Source: an uncultured bacterium (GTDB lineage Bacteria; Babelota; Babeliae; Babelales; Babelaceae). From it: a DNA stretch of 64,000 nucleotides. The stretch lies in contig OY970209.1 in NCBI GenBank assembly GCA_963713855.1, positions 1,184,001-1,248,000 on the forward strand, in the 5' to 3' direction. A program made the translations under genes and the position numbers. How positions within the stretch are numbered: the stretch's first letter is position 1; each line of letters starts with the position of its first letter. Positions 28,541 to 38,819 of the stretch are shown one piece after another. The notes below the pieces were generated by a model. That model did not search any database, was not told the DNA's origin, and saw nothing but the letters and a program-made list of their open reading frames with translations.

Positions 28541-30928
28541 ATGAGAATACGGGCACATTTTTTGGCGCTTTTAGGCTTTTTTTGCTGGCATCAAGTGCAT
28601 GGCGCGATTTTTACGGTAACGTCCGCTGGCGACTCGGGCCCAAATACGCTCAGAGCAGCAATTACAAGTGCAAATGCCATTTCTCCCACAGCTTCAACGA
28701 TTAAATTCAATCTTCCATCGCCCTTTACTATTTTTCCCTTAACGCCTCTTCCAAACATCCATCCGAATATAACGATCGATGGTACAACTCAGCCCAATTT
28801 TATGGGCACGCCAATCGTTGTTGTGGATGGCGCGAGCACGTCAGGCAATGCTTTTAATCTGACGGGTGGCAACGATACAATAAAGAGCCTCGTTGTTAAT
28901 AACTGGACAGGCAACGGCATAAATGTCACTAGTTCTAATAACGTTATTTCGGGCTGTTTTATTGGTACTGATCCTACCGGTTCAGTCGCTGCACCTAATG
29001 GCGCCAATGGTATTTTCATCGACGCATCTCACAACACAGTTACCAACAACGTCATTTCTGGAAATGTTAGCGCGGGCATTTTTATCCACGCTGACAGAAG
29101 AGGTTTTTTCGTTACACAAATCACTATCCAACAAAATCTTATCGGAGTAAATGTGGCAGGAAATAGCCCTGTGCCAAACGCCACCGGTATCCACATGCTC
29201 GGTCAATCGGGGGCAGAAGTGAGGAATGTTCTTGTAGGTGGTCCGGGTCTTGGAAACGTTATTTCAGGTAATACCGGTATCGGCGTTCATGTAGACGTTT
29301 TGGCTGCGGCGGCCGTTATACAAGGAAATCATATAGGTACCGATAAGACCAACACGCTTAATCTGGCAAACGGTGCGAGCGGTATCAATCTCAGCCAGGA
29401 TGTCCTACCAGCTACTGAAGGAACACTCATTGGCGGAACCGCACCAGGACAGGCAAATGCTATTCTTTTTAACGGTAATGCTGGCGTATTGATGAATGGA
29501 AACACGTTCCTCAATACAGTGTTAGAAAACTCAATTTTTGGTAACGTTGGCGGGGCAATTGTGCTTTTAAATGGAGCAAATTGCGAACAACAAGCTCCAA
29601 CATTTAACAGCGCTCTTGAGTGCACGTCCGCAAATAGCCTTATAGTAAGTTTTACAGTACCCCCCGCTCCATCACCATGCCACGTAGCCACAAATCCCAA
29701 CTTTAGAGTTGAGCTTTTTAATACTCCGGTCAACGTACCTGAGGGGCTAACATTCTTAAAAGCTGACACGCCTGTTTCTTCTGGATCTACACAGTCCGTA
29801 ACTGTGCCTGGTTCCTTTACTGGATTTGTATCCGGTACTGCAACAAACCTAAACGCTGGCGGCGTCAATCCAGGAAACACCTCACCATTTGGGGCTCCGG
29901 TACCTATTGAAAGCGAAACAATGAGCGTCACGATCACCCAAATGCCACCAGGCACTATTTGTGCTGGTTCTTCTAAAGACCTTGTGGCAACTGTTTCAGG
30001 GGCTATCGGTACAAATTTTAAGTTTGTATGGTCTGATGGATTTACCCAAAATAACGTTCCATCACCCGCTACCCACGCGGTAAGCCCACAAACCAACACT
30101 CAATTTTTTGTTACCGCTAGCGATCTTACGACATCATGTATTGCTCAATCTGCTCCCATAACGGTCAATGTGGATAACCCCTCAGCAACGCTTACAGCAA
30201 GCCCCAACCTTGTTTGTAGGAACGAACAGGTTCACTTAAGCCTTACTATTCTTGGTGGGACCTCGCAATTTGATGTTGAGTGGTCGGACGGATTTAAGCA
30301 AACGAGTACAAGCTCCAAGATGCAGCGCGTCGTAACTCCTTTAACGACGACAACCTACTTTGCAACAATTACTGATTCTTCCGGCTGTATAGGCACATCC
30401 AATTCTGTTAAGGTAACGGTGTCGCACATTTCACCCGTAACGCTTGTTACCAATAAAACTACCATTATAGCAGGCCAAGCAGCAGTATTGACGGTCCTTT
30501 TTAGCGATACACAAACTCTCTTTTGGTCTGATGGCACTATAGACAAAAATGCCACATCTCCTTTTGAGCGCACCGTAAAACCCCAAAAAACAACAACGTA
30601 TACCGTTACTGCCCAAAATGCTGACGGGTGTCAATCTACATCTAACCCAGTCACCATTAAAGTAAAACCAGCTATTGTTGTTAACCTCGATCCTATTAAA
30701 AAATGCTTTTGCCCAGGCGAATGCGCAATAATCAGTGGTAGCATTAAGCGTGGAAAGCCGCCATTCACCCTGAGCTGGTCAGACAATAAGACTTTCAAAA
30801 TACATTCAAGAACCATAAAGCGCCAATTCTGCAAGACCAAATCAGCTTCTCTTGCTGTTACAGTCACTGATAGCGCGCACCACTCGGCAACCTCTAATAA
30901 AATTAAGGTAAAACGGTGCAAAATATAA
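28541..30928 (+). CDS. Exported right-handed beta-helix protein with Ig-like repeats
   Basis: FTVTSAGDSGPNTLRAAI, NVISGN and GNxIGT repeats, four WSD-containing Ig-like units. Confidence 0.85.
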   Translation: MRIRAHFLALLGFFCWHQVHGAIFTVTSAGDSGPNTLRAAITSANAISPTASTIKFNLPSPFTIFPLTPLPNIHPNITIDGTTQPNFMGTPIVVVDGASTSGNAFNLTGGNDTIKSLVVNNWTGNGINVTSSNNVISGCFIGTDPTGSVAAPNGANGIFIDASHNTVTNNVISGNVSAGIFIHADRRGFFVTQITIQQNLIGVNVAGNSPVPNATGIHMLGQSGAEVRNVLVGGPGLGNVISGNTGIGVHVDVLAAAAVIQGNHIGTDKTNTLNLANGASGINLSQDVLPATEGTLIGGTAPGQANAILFNGNAGVLMNGNTFLNTVLENSIFGNVGGAIVLLNGANCEQQAPTFNSALECTSANSLIVSFTVPPAPSPCHVATNPNFRVELFNTPVNVPEGLTFLKADTPVSSGSTQSVTVPGSFTGFVSGTATNLNAGGVNPGNTSPFGAPVPIESETMSVTITQMPPGTICAGSSKDLVATVSGAIGTNFKFVWSDGFTQNNVPSPATHAVSPQTNTQFFVTASDLTTSCIAQSAPITVNVDNPSATLTASPNLVCRNEQVHLSLTILGGTSQFDVEWSDGFKQTSTSSKMQRVVTPLTTTTYFATITDSSGCIGTSNSVKVTVSHISPVTLVTNKTTIIAGQAAVLTVLFSDTQTLFWSDGTIDKNATSPFERTVKPQKTTTYTVTAQNADGCQSTSNPVTIKVKPAIVVNLDPIKKCFCPGECAIISGSIKRGKPPFTLSWSDNKTFKIHSRTIKRQFCKTKSASLAVTVTDSAHHSATSNKIKVKRCKI

Positions 30929-31039
30929 GCTGACAGTTTTTTATGCACCTCACTCTCACTTTCAATTGACTCATGAGAATGTTCCTTGTTACACTTGCTA
31001 CGTCGATTTTTTGCGTACTCAAAGCGTTTTTAATGCATT

Positions 31040-33319
31040 ATGAAAAAATTAATTTTATATGTCGGGGTTTTTTCACTTATATCTTGCGCAACGATAAGCG
31101 TGTCTGTAACCAAAGCAGAGAAAGAGGCTGATCGTAATGAAAGGCTTTTAGCAAGGGCACGTGAGTTAAAAGAAGAAATTAAAAAGCTCGAAGCGCAACA
31201 TGATAGCTACTTCTATCACCAGTATCATAAAACCATTTCTCTCTTTTCATTTAACGTAGATATCGACACGCTCAACTTCCAGTCATATACAACCATACTC
31301 ACTTGCATCGTCTGTGCCTACCTTTCACGCATGGCAAGGCAGCATCGTACCATTTGGCGTGCAGTAGATGTCGAAATGGGAGACAAGCTTCTTTTTGCAC
31401 ATCAGCTTGAAGTTACAGAAGTTCCACCATTGATCTTCCCCGCCACTTCGTACATTTTCGAGAGCCTGGCTTACGCTACAGGCGCATGGGCCGCTTACGA
31501 TGTTGTACAAGAGCTCATTTTAAATGCACGCAGAGCCATAGATATAGGTCCACTTATTGAGCAAGAAAATATCGCTAAGAACGCTTTGCAGGCCCAAAAA
31601 GAAACTGCGCCTCCCGATACGTTGGTTGACAACAGTGACGCCGGTACTGACATCGAATCTCAACGCACAAGCAATATATGTCAATTGGAAGTGCCCTTAG
31701 TTTGCATAAATACATCAAAACCTCCAATAACGCCTCTAGAAATACCTTTGCCAATAGGAAGAGACGGAATCCTTCGCGAACCACTCATAAAGCCCGTAAG
31801 AGAACCAGCTTTGACAATGCAAAAGACCCATAAAAACCAGACTTCTTTCATTAATCGCCCAATACTTTCTCCATCTTACACGCTTATTCCCAACCTCATA
31901 CCCCAACAACAAATAAAAAATCCGCCTCAACCGTCCACGGCCCTCGTATTAGTACGCACACATGATAGCTCCCTTTTAAATGAACCAAAAGCACACCCCT
32001 TTTTAAAATCAGTTGAACCTCTTTTAAATGACAAGGACTCTCAACTTCATATGCTTTGCCAAGTTCTACCAAAGTCAGAAATCACGAGAAAGGGCACAGT
32101 AACGCCTGTTTTACAAAATACACCGGCTTTATCAAATACGTCTACAGCACTTGTACTCTATGAAGAAAAAAGTGGCAATCAGCTGCCCTCATGCATCATT
32201 ATAGAGCATGACTACTCTCAGGCGCATAATAAAACTATACTGCCAGAGCGTTCTTTCACGCTTAGAATCTTAAAGCACGTAAAAACGGCGGAAACAGTCA
32301 GTAAGTACGAAGAACGTGTACCTACACTTTTGCTTGAAGCTGGAACAAAAACAGAAAATGCGTCACTGTCCTCTGATGTGGCTTTGATTTTCAATAACAG
32401 GATCTTTATAGAGCACGTTTCTGATCAACCGAGTGAAACCTGCCAGAACACTCTTGATGCACCAACAAAAGTGGAACCAGTTGCGCGCGCGCCTCTTATT
32501 CCCTATAAAACACTTTCTTTGCCGGAGATACCGGAAGAACTGACGGCACTTATAGCTTTAATTGATGCTGATCCTCTTTCCGCCGACAATAAAACAAGCC
32601 CCAAAGAAGGCCTTACGAAATCTAAGAAAAATCCTGTACTTAAGAAAATTCCACAGGACGAAAAACCGCTTACGGAAAGTAAGGATACGGAAAAAATTCC
32701 CTCTACAAATAACACATCTCAAACCTCAGAACACAAGTCCGCCCCTCAACAAGGTTTTGGAGGAGTATTCCTGCCACCTAAGATGCAGGCACCCGCTCAA
32801 AACGCTACTGGCTCTTCAGGAGGGGGAGTTTCTGGGATGGTTCCACAACACCAAGTTTTTTTTCCAAGTGTTGGGCAGCCATTTATACAGCAAGTTACCG
32901 TCCCACAAAGTCAAAACCAAGCTCCATCGTTCGACGCAAAGCCCATCATTTCAAATACCGAATATTTCCCGCCATCAATGAATACATTTAGCACGCCCAA
33001 AGAAGAAAACGTGAAGGTGTCCTTCCTTCCCCAAATCACTCTCCCAGAGCAAAAAAAGGTAGCAAAAAAAGATCCAGCTCCAGAACCCCAAAAGACTACT
33101 CCAATTATTTCGGCACCAAAACGTGAAGAAAGAAAAAGGTACGAAAAAGAGGTTTTAACTCCAAAAAAAAGGCACGTGAAGAAAGACCGGTCGGGCCCAA
33201 TACCAGTCACTGGCAGAAAAAGACGGATAGTCGTGTTTTTAGCAGCTGGCTGCTTTGCGGCTTTTTTTAGCAGAAAACTATGGTCGATGATGAACAAAAA
33301 AACCAGTCGTTCAGGCTAA
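31040..33319 (+). CDS. Hypothetical Pro/Thr/Lys-rich protein with N-terminal signal and C-terminal TM
   Basis: 759-aa ORF, largely low-complexity, hydrophobic at both ends. Confidence 0.7.
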   Translation: MKKLILYVGVFSLISCATISVSVTKAEKEADRNERLLARARELKEEIKKLEAQHDSYFYHQYHKTISLFSFNVDIDTLNFQSYTTILTCIVCAYLSRMARQHRTIWRAVDVEMGDKLLFAHQLEVTEVPPLIFPATSYIFESLAYATGAWAAYDVVQELILNARRAIDIGPLIEQENIAKNALQAQKETAPPDTLVDNSDAGTDIESQRTSNICQLEVPLVCINTSKPPITPLEIPLPIGRDGILREPLIKPVREPALTMQKTHKNQTSFINRPILSPSYTLIPNLIPQQQIKNPPQPSTALVLVRTHDSSLLNEPKAHPFLKSVEPLLNDKDSQLHMLCQVLPKSEITRKGTVTPVLQNTPALSNTSTALVLYEEKSGNQLPSCIIIEHDYSQAHNKTILPERSFTLRILKHVKTAETVSKYEERVPTLLLEAGTKTENASLSSDVALIFNNRIFIEHVSDQPSETCQNTLDAPTKVEPVARAPLIPYKTLSLPEIPEELTALIALIDADPLSADNKTSPKEGLTKSKKNPVLKKIPQDEKPLTESKDTEKIPSTNNTSQTSEHKSAPQQGFGGVFLPPKMQAPAQNATGSSGGGVSGMVPQHQVFFPSVGQPFIQQVTVPQSQNQAPSFDAKPIISNTEYFPPSMNTFSTPKEENVKVSFLPQITLPEQKKVAKKDPAPEPQKTTPIISAPKREERKRYEKEVLTPKKRHVKKDRSGPIPVTGRKRRIVVFLAAGCFAAFFSRKLWSMMNKKTSRSG

Positions 33320-33452
33320 GTAGCGCAACTAAAATAAAAATATTTTTTCTTACTATTTATAAATAGATGAAAGATTAAGGCCTTAAAAGTCAATTTTATA
33401 ACCAAAAAGGTGTATACTAAAGTACCATGTTACTCTTTCTTAGAGGAATAAA

Positions 33453-34919
33453 ATGGTACATCTATCTTACTTTATCTTGCCTGCAACTCTTATTTTCTGC
33501 ACCGTTGACGCCATGGAGTGTACCTATGCATCACGCGTACAGCGCTCCGAAATCCCAACACTATGCAATTCACTAAGCATCATTTTTGACGAGTTAGCTC
33601 TTGGAAACTCTCCGCAAAGAGCTATTTCATGCTGGTCTGAAGAAATGTTAAAGCTTCTAAAAAAAGGAGCAAACATCAATGACCTAGACGAGGAAGGTAA
33701 AAATATACTACATCATTTTCTTTGCTGGTTGCTAAAAGAAGAAAATCAGGATCTCGATTTTGACGTAGAAAGTATTCTCGATAATCTCTTTTTAGGCCAA
33801 GGTGCTACATTTATTAATTACGAAGGACTCTTACAAGAAATTGTATCATCACGAGCTTTGACTAAATCGCCAGCTTTAAGAAAAGTAATCTTGTGGCTTA
33901 TAACTAATAATTTTCCTGTGCCACCGATGTCGCAAACGGTACTTACACCGTGCTTACGCGTTCATTCGTTGTTGCAGCTTATTACTAATGGGGAAGAAGA
34001 GTTTATTGCTAGTCTTCAGGCAATCCAATTTCTAAGTGACTTATTTTTCCGTGAGCCGCAGACTGGCGTCCTTGCCATGCTATTAGATCAGATAGAAGCT
34101 TCCTACTCTGAAAGAGAACGAGTAATATCTATAGCACTGCCAGTGCATGAAATCATCACGCACAATGAAACTTTGTTTGGAAGATTAACTCCAATAAGCT
34201 TTTTATCTCAACTTTTAGCACCTTCGATGGTACCCTTTTTAAGCGGAGTTCTTGAAATGGCTGCCGGGCGCGGCCATATACGGATTGCAGACTATATAGT
34301 AAATACCCTGGCGCAGGGGCACGAACTATATTGGCTTAACCCTCGAGTGCTTACCAGAGCTATGACAAGAAGCGCGGCTGCTGGACATTTAGACGTTACC
34401 ACATTGCTCATGCAAAGACTTACTAATACACCCCTTAGTTTTGACGAGCCATTTTTGTTAGCTGCAGGTCGGGCACATGTCGATACGCTTATTTATTTTC
34501 TAATGAACCGTGCAGCACTCATAACAGATAACGCTGTCGAAGAAGCACTCTTAATAGCTTCTCGGCAGAACAATCTAACTGTTATACAGGCGATCGTAGG
34601 CTACAGAAGAACTTTTGACACTTGCTTCTGGAAAAGAGTTATAGAAAGCTGTCTGAAGCTTGCTTCCATACGACTCAATAAACATGTCTTTAGTTTTTTG
34701 CTCAAGTTTGATAGAGAAGAAGGTTTCATCATAGATACGCGATCTATCGCCACGATCATGCACGAACTTTCGCAAGATACCAACTTGCCACGAAATATGC
34801 GTATACAATATGCTAATTTTGTAACGCAACTCAATAGACACAAGCCAAATCCGCCTTCAAGCATTGATTTTCTAAGTCGGATTCTTAAATCGATTCAACC
34901 TACTATTGAACACTCTTAG
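33453..34919 (+). CDS. Exported divergent ankyrin-repeat protein
   Basis: Signal ending VDA-MEC. GANINDLDEEGKNILH plus repeated AA.xGH helices. Confidence 0.8.
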   Translation: MVHLSYFILPATLIFCTVDAMECTYASRVQRSEIPTLCNSLSIIFDELALGNSPQRAISCWSEEMLKLLKKGANINDLDEEGKNILHHFLCWLLKEENQDLDFDVESILDNLFLGQGATFINYEGLLQEIVSSRALTKSPALRKVILWLITNNFPVPPMSQTVLTPCLRVHSLLQLITNGEEEFIASLQAIQFLSDLFFREPQTGVLAMLLDQIEASYSERERVISIALPVHEIITHNETLFGRLTPISFLSQLLAPSMVPFLSGVLEMAAGRGHIRIADYIVNTLAQGHELYWLNPRVLTRAMTRSAAAGHLDVTTLLMQRLTNTPLSFDEPFLLAAGRAHVDTLIYFLMNRAALITDNAVEEALLIASRQNNLTVIQAIVGYRRTFDTCFWKRVIESCLKLASIRLNKHVFSFLLKFDREEGFIIDTRSIATIMHELSQDTNLPRNMRIQYANFVTQLNRHKPNPPSSIDFLSRILKSIQPTIEHS

Positions 34920-34969
34920 CAACGTCGTGGTTATCTTTTGCAAAAGCGGACAGATGTATCGTATGCCGG

Positions 34970-36313
34970 TTAAGTCAGACTTAGCATAGCTTGGTACTGC
35001 AGTGCGATATGATCAGGTATAAGGCTATCAAGCATCTTAACTGCATCAAAAATTGCTCTCCAATCGCAAAGTATTGGGTAATGAAGTTGTTTTTTTGAAA
35101 GCCACCTAAAATACTCATCGAGGTTTTCTCCAGCTTCCAATCGGCGCGTCAATGTTTTTTGTAGCGGCAAGAAATATAAAAGAGGAAAAGGATCAAAAAA
35201 TCCGCTGGACCATTGTAACGTATCTAGTAAAGCTTTTGTGCGATTTCGTGCATCTTCTGCGCTAATATCAAATCCATAAGCCTGATGAGGAATACCAGCG
35301 ATCATAAAAGCATTAATAGTGTGTAGGCATTTACCGCAGCGGCAGCAGTTAGCATCGATCAGGTGCTGGCATACTTTGACTCGAGGCCTTTCTAAGCCAT
35401 GCTTAGTGCAGACGTTCTCAATAATAGCCGCCTTTTGTGAACGATTAAGCTCAAAGGCGTCATGTTGCACATGAACCCCTGCGTAAGAAAGCACGTCATC
35501 GACTAACGGTATTCCCGCAAAAGGATACGGCATGTCCGCCGTAATCGTTGATGCTATGCGTACAAGTGGACAGCCATTCGTAACCAGAACAGGAGCTGCT
35601 AATCCTATCCAGCTCATATTTTCAACGGCGTTATAGCGCCACGATCGTATCTCCGGAGAAATAGTTTCAACCTTTGCCGTATTAATAAAAAACCACGGAT
35701 TTGAGCTTATAAAAGCATTTTCATGGCCGTAAGTGCGAGAAAAAGATCGAAAGCGCTCTTTTTCTTCGATCGATGAAAGACTTGATAAATCTGAGGCACC
35801 AGCAACGGATATAAGAAGCTGTTTTTGCGGATAATATCTAAAGCACGTAGATACCGAATCGAGGCCACCAGTAAAAAAGAGCGCTGTGCCAGAAGACCAA
35901 GGGCCAGGCTTAATCGCGTGTTTCACCAACTTTTTGGGAATAAGTTTTCCAGACCAGCAGGTCTTTGGATACATAATCGTAAATATCTCTTTAACTCGTG
36001 CGAGAGCATAATACAAATCCTCATCCATTTCCTCAATACTATAGAGCCGACCAGAGATCCAGATGATAGAAATAACATTTAAAACAAAAGGTATCGTCAC
36101 TATTGAGTAATTGAGCTTTGTAAGATCTATATCTTCATATTCAGCAAAAAAATGGGAATTTAAAAAGTCATTATGAAAAGCTTCTTCTGCTACCACTTGC
36201 AGTTTGTTTTGAGTAATGATGAGTTCTTTAATAAGGTCTGGTACTGTAAAAATGCAAGAATTCTGAAGCAAAAAGCAAAATGCAACTAGCCTATACGACA
36301 TACTAAATTTCAT
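34970..36313 (-). CDS. PP-loop-like (adenine nucleotide alpha-hydrolase) protein with Cys cluster
   Basis: FTGGLDS and C...NCCRCGKC motifs. Resembles proteins of surface-polysaccharide loci (recalled, unverified). Confidence 0.6.
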   Translation of the reverse strand: MKFSMSYRLVAFCFLLQNSCIFTVPDLIKELIITQNKLQVVAEEAFHNDFLNSHFFAEYEDIDLTKLNYSIVTIPFVLNVISIIWISGRLYSIEEMDEDLYYALARVKEIFTIMYPKTCWSGKLIPKKLVKHAIKPGPWSSGTALFFTGGLDSVSTCFRYYPQKQLLISVAGASDLSSLSSIEEKERFRSFSRTYGHENAFISSNPWFFINTAKVETISPEIRSWRYNAVENMSWIGLAAPVLVTNGCPLVRIASTITADMPYPFAGIPLVDDVLSYAGVHVQHDAFELNRSQKAAIIENVCTKHGLERPRVKVCQHLIDANCCRCGKCLHTINAFMIAGIPHQAYGFDISAEDARNRTKALLDTLQWSSGFFDPFPLLYFLPLQKTLTRRLEAGENLDEYFRWLSKKQLHYPILCDWRAIFDAVKMLDSLIPDHIALQYQAMLSLT

Positions 36314-36649
36314 CTACTACTCCCCTATTAGCTTCATTAGCGTCAAAAAAGGTTTCTGAAGACACAGCCCTTCGAGTAGTAACATGCTATAACGCGCCAC
36401 AAATTTGTGCAATTAAAAAGCAAAAGAGGATTGCTCACGTCATTTTATGTAATAAAAATTATAGGCTGATAGCACAAATAATCAAATTTTAGAACATTTT
36501 TCTGGTCTTTTGCCTAAAAATTCTGCCCGGTCCTTCTCGAGGAAAAGGGGTTTAATTATATACTTTTTTGAAACTTCTTGAGGCGTCTCTTGATTCTCCA
36601 GGGCAAAAAAGAGTATTATAATAAAAATATAAAGAAGGAGAAACCGAAA

Positions 36650-36853
36650 ATGGCATATAGCGTTAAATCAAAAAAGAGTGGCAAAACGTATTACTTGCAC
36701 TCCAAGGATGTTGTTTTGCGTAATGGACGCAAGCAAAAGATCTTCTACTTTTCTGGTAGCATTGGCAAAGAAGCTTTGAATGCTGTCCCTGCAGGTTACG
36801 AAGTTATTGAAAGCCCGCTAACAGGTTTACCACTCTTAAGAAGAAAAAAGTAA
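36650..36853 (+). CDS. Small basic conserved hypothetical protein (67 aa)
   Basis: RBS aaggag before ATG 36650. MAYSVKSKKSGKTYYLHSKDV...GLPLLRRKK. Has its own terminator. Confidence 0.85.
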   Translation: MAYSVKSKKSGKTYYLHSKDVVLRNGRKQKIFYFSGSIGKEALNAVPAGYEVIESPLTGLPLLRRKK

Positions 36854-36862
36854 GACTTTTAT

Positions 36863-36893
36863 GAGCGGGGCAGTTCTGCCTCGCTCTTTTTTT
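36863..36893 (+). terminator. Intrinsic terminator
   Basis: gagcggggcag/ctgcctcgctc stem followed by T7. Confidence 0.8.
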
Positions 36894-37089
36894 GTAAAAT
36901 ACTGTAGCTCCCCTAAGATCGCTAATGGAAGAACACGCAGTATCTTGAAGAAATAAAGCACAAGGACTATGTCCTTCGTCATCGGCCACACAATTACGAC
37001 AGCCTTATGCATTTGATTTTTAAGTCTTGCAACGCATCACCAGTTCTAAAAACCATCAGGAACTTTCGCGGAAAGTTATCCAGAAGGAA

Positions 37090-37425
37090 TTAATAAAACA
37101 GCTGTTTGACAAATTCCCCGGGGACATAATATCATTATCATGCAAAAGATTCCCAGCAGTGAAATTCGACGATGGTACGCGAAAAAAGCTATCGAGAATG
37201 GCTGGAGCCGCAATTTGCTGGCATTATGGATTGAATCAAACTTACATGAGCGGCAGGCAAAGCCCTAATAATTTTAAAGAGACTTTGCCCAAGGCACAAT
37301 CAGACCTTGCAGAGCAAATCCTCAAGGATCCTTATAACTTTGGATTTCTTACTCTAGAAACTGCTTATCGAGAAAAAGAACTGGAGCAAGGCCTTATTGA
37401 TCATATTCAGAAGCTCCTATTACAA
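37090..37425 (+). pseudogene. YhcG/DUF1016 (PDDEXK-associated) pseudogene fragment
   Basis: One frame reads QIPRGHNIIIMQK...RRWYAKKAIENGWSRNLLALWIESNLHERQ. After a frameshift near 37257 it continues NNFKETLPKAQSDLAEQILKDPYNFGFL..YREKELEQGLIDHIQKLLL. The nuclease domain is missing. Confidence 0.8.
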
Positions 37426-37577
37426 CGCTCTTCGATGACCTTTGTCGTTTTTTCCGCTCTGTGCCCTTCAGAAAACGTCGGAAGCCTCCATATTATTTTC
37501 TTTCTGGATATTATTGACAAATGAGCCATGATATAGGTAGTTTATTAAGTAAGATAAATTCAAAATTAGGTGATTTT

Positions 37578-38765
37578 ATGAATATTGGACTAAAATATAT
37601 TAGTTGTCTACTTGTGCTTTTTAGTTTTCTGTCAATAAAAGCCGTAAGCGAAGAGGAACAAAAAGCCCTAAATCTTAAGCTAGAAAACGCCATACAGACG
37701 CAAGATACTGAAATAGTGCGAGGGGTACTAGATGAGGGTGCTAACGCTAACGCTCTTTCATCAAATGAGCAGCCTCTTATTATTTTAGCAGCCCAAAGAG
37801 GTTCTTTACCTATAGTTGAGCTTTTATTGCAACATGGTGCAAGCATTAATACCTCCATAATAAATGAGCGCCAAGTCATAACCCCACTTTATGCGAGTTT
37901 GAGAAATCGAGTCCCAGAAAGTGGATCAGCAACAGACGCACTAGAGTGGTACATTGCTCGTGGAGCAAACCCCAATATCCATAATGGCGCTGATCGACTA
38001 ACATCAATTACGCAAGATAGATGGCGGGAACGATATCGCTATCTATTTAGTCATGGTTTAAGACTGAGCGGTAATGATTTACGAGATGCAGTTACGCGAA
38101 ATATGGTGCATTTGATATATCACGATAGGCCCTTATTAGAACACACAATTTTGCAAGAACAAGAGCTTGCTCAGGCAGTTCTAACAGAGCTTCACCACAC
38201 AGCCCTTCATGATGAGTTGACAGAACGTAATCTGGTTGATATCAACGAAGCCCTTTTGCTGTCCATAGCTCAAGACAACCCTGTTGTTTTTAATAACATC
38301 CTTAATATGTTTGGAACCATTGCTTCCTATGAAGCCGAAGGTTTAGTTTTAGATCTAGGCCCAGCTCTTGTTTTAGCGGCTCTTGTTGGCAACGATTACG
38401 CTCTGAGCCAAATAAGCAACTACTTTTTAATCCCTTGGGCGAGTAGGCCACAAGACTTTACAAGCTTGCTCAATGAAAGCCTATTGGTAGCTATTTTGCA
38501 AAAGCATGCAGAAACAGTCGCAAAAATCTTATCGATCGCTGCGAGTAAAGGAATATCTTTGAGGCTCGAGAATGCTCTGCAAATAGTTACTAGTATTCTT
38601 GAAAATTGGGGTTTAACACCTAGTGAACGAGATGGTCTTGAAAATATACGTACGCTTTTAAGAGAAAGGCACGAAACAACTTCTGTTTCGGGAGCTCTTA
38701 GCAACATAGCCCTAGTTTTACCGCTGCTTACAGAAGCTTTAAAAGAAACTACGTTTCAGAAATAG
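37578..38765 (+). CDS. Ankyrin-repeat protein with signal peptide
   Basis: GANANA, PLIILAAQRGSLPIVELLLQHGASIN, TPLYAS. Likely start MNIGLK. Confidence 0.85.
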   Translation: MNIGLKYISCLLVLFSFLSIKAVSEEEQKALNLKLENAIQTQDTEIVRGVLDEGANANALSSNEQPLIILAAQRGSLPIVELLLQHGASINTSIINERQVITPLYASLRNRVPESGSATDALEWYIARGANPNIHNGADRLTSITQDRWRERYRYLFSHGLRLSGNDLRDAVTRNMVHLIYHDRPLLEHTILQEQELAQAVLTELHHTALHDELTERNLVDINEALLLSIAQDNPVVFNNILNMFGTIASYEAEGLVLDLGPALVLAALVGNDYALSQISNYFLIPWASRPQDFTSLLNESLLVAILQKHAETVAKILSIAASKGISLRLENALQIVTSILENWGLTPSERDGLENIRTLLRERHETTSVSGALSNIALVLPLLTEALKETTFQK

Positions 38766-38819
38766 CTTCCTAAGCCGTATATCGATTGAGCTTCCTGCCA
38801 TGATTAAAAAAATCATCCA

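Noticed and set aside
29329..30099. 256-aa antisense ORF, and similar ones at 49464..50027, 21917..22390 and 59087..59584
   Set aside because: Shadows of well-supported genes on the opposite strand.
30914..30928. C-terminal CKI as a peroxisomal PTS1, and TVEL (4320..4646) as a KDEL variant
   Set aside because: Non-canonical short motifs that are easily produced by chance.
31938..32163. Repeated STALVL motif in the 759-aa protein
   Set aside because: Only two copies in a low-complexity protein; no function can be supported.
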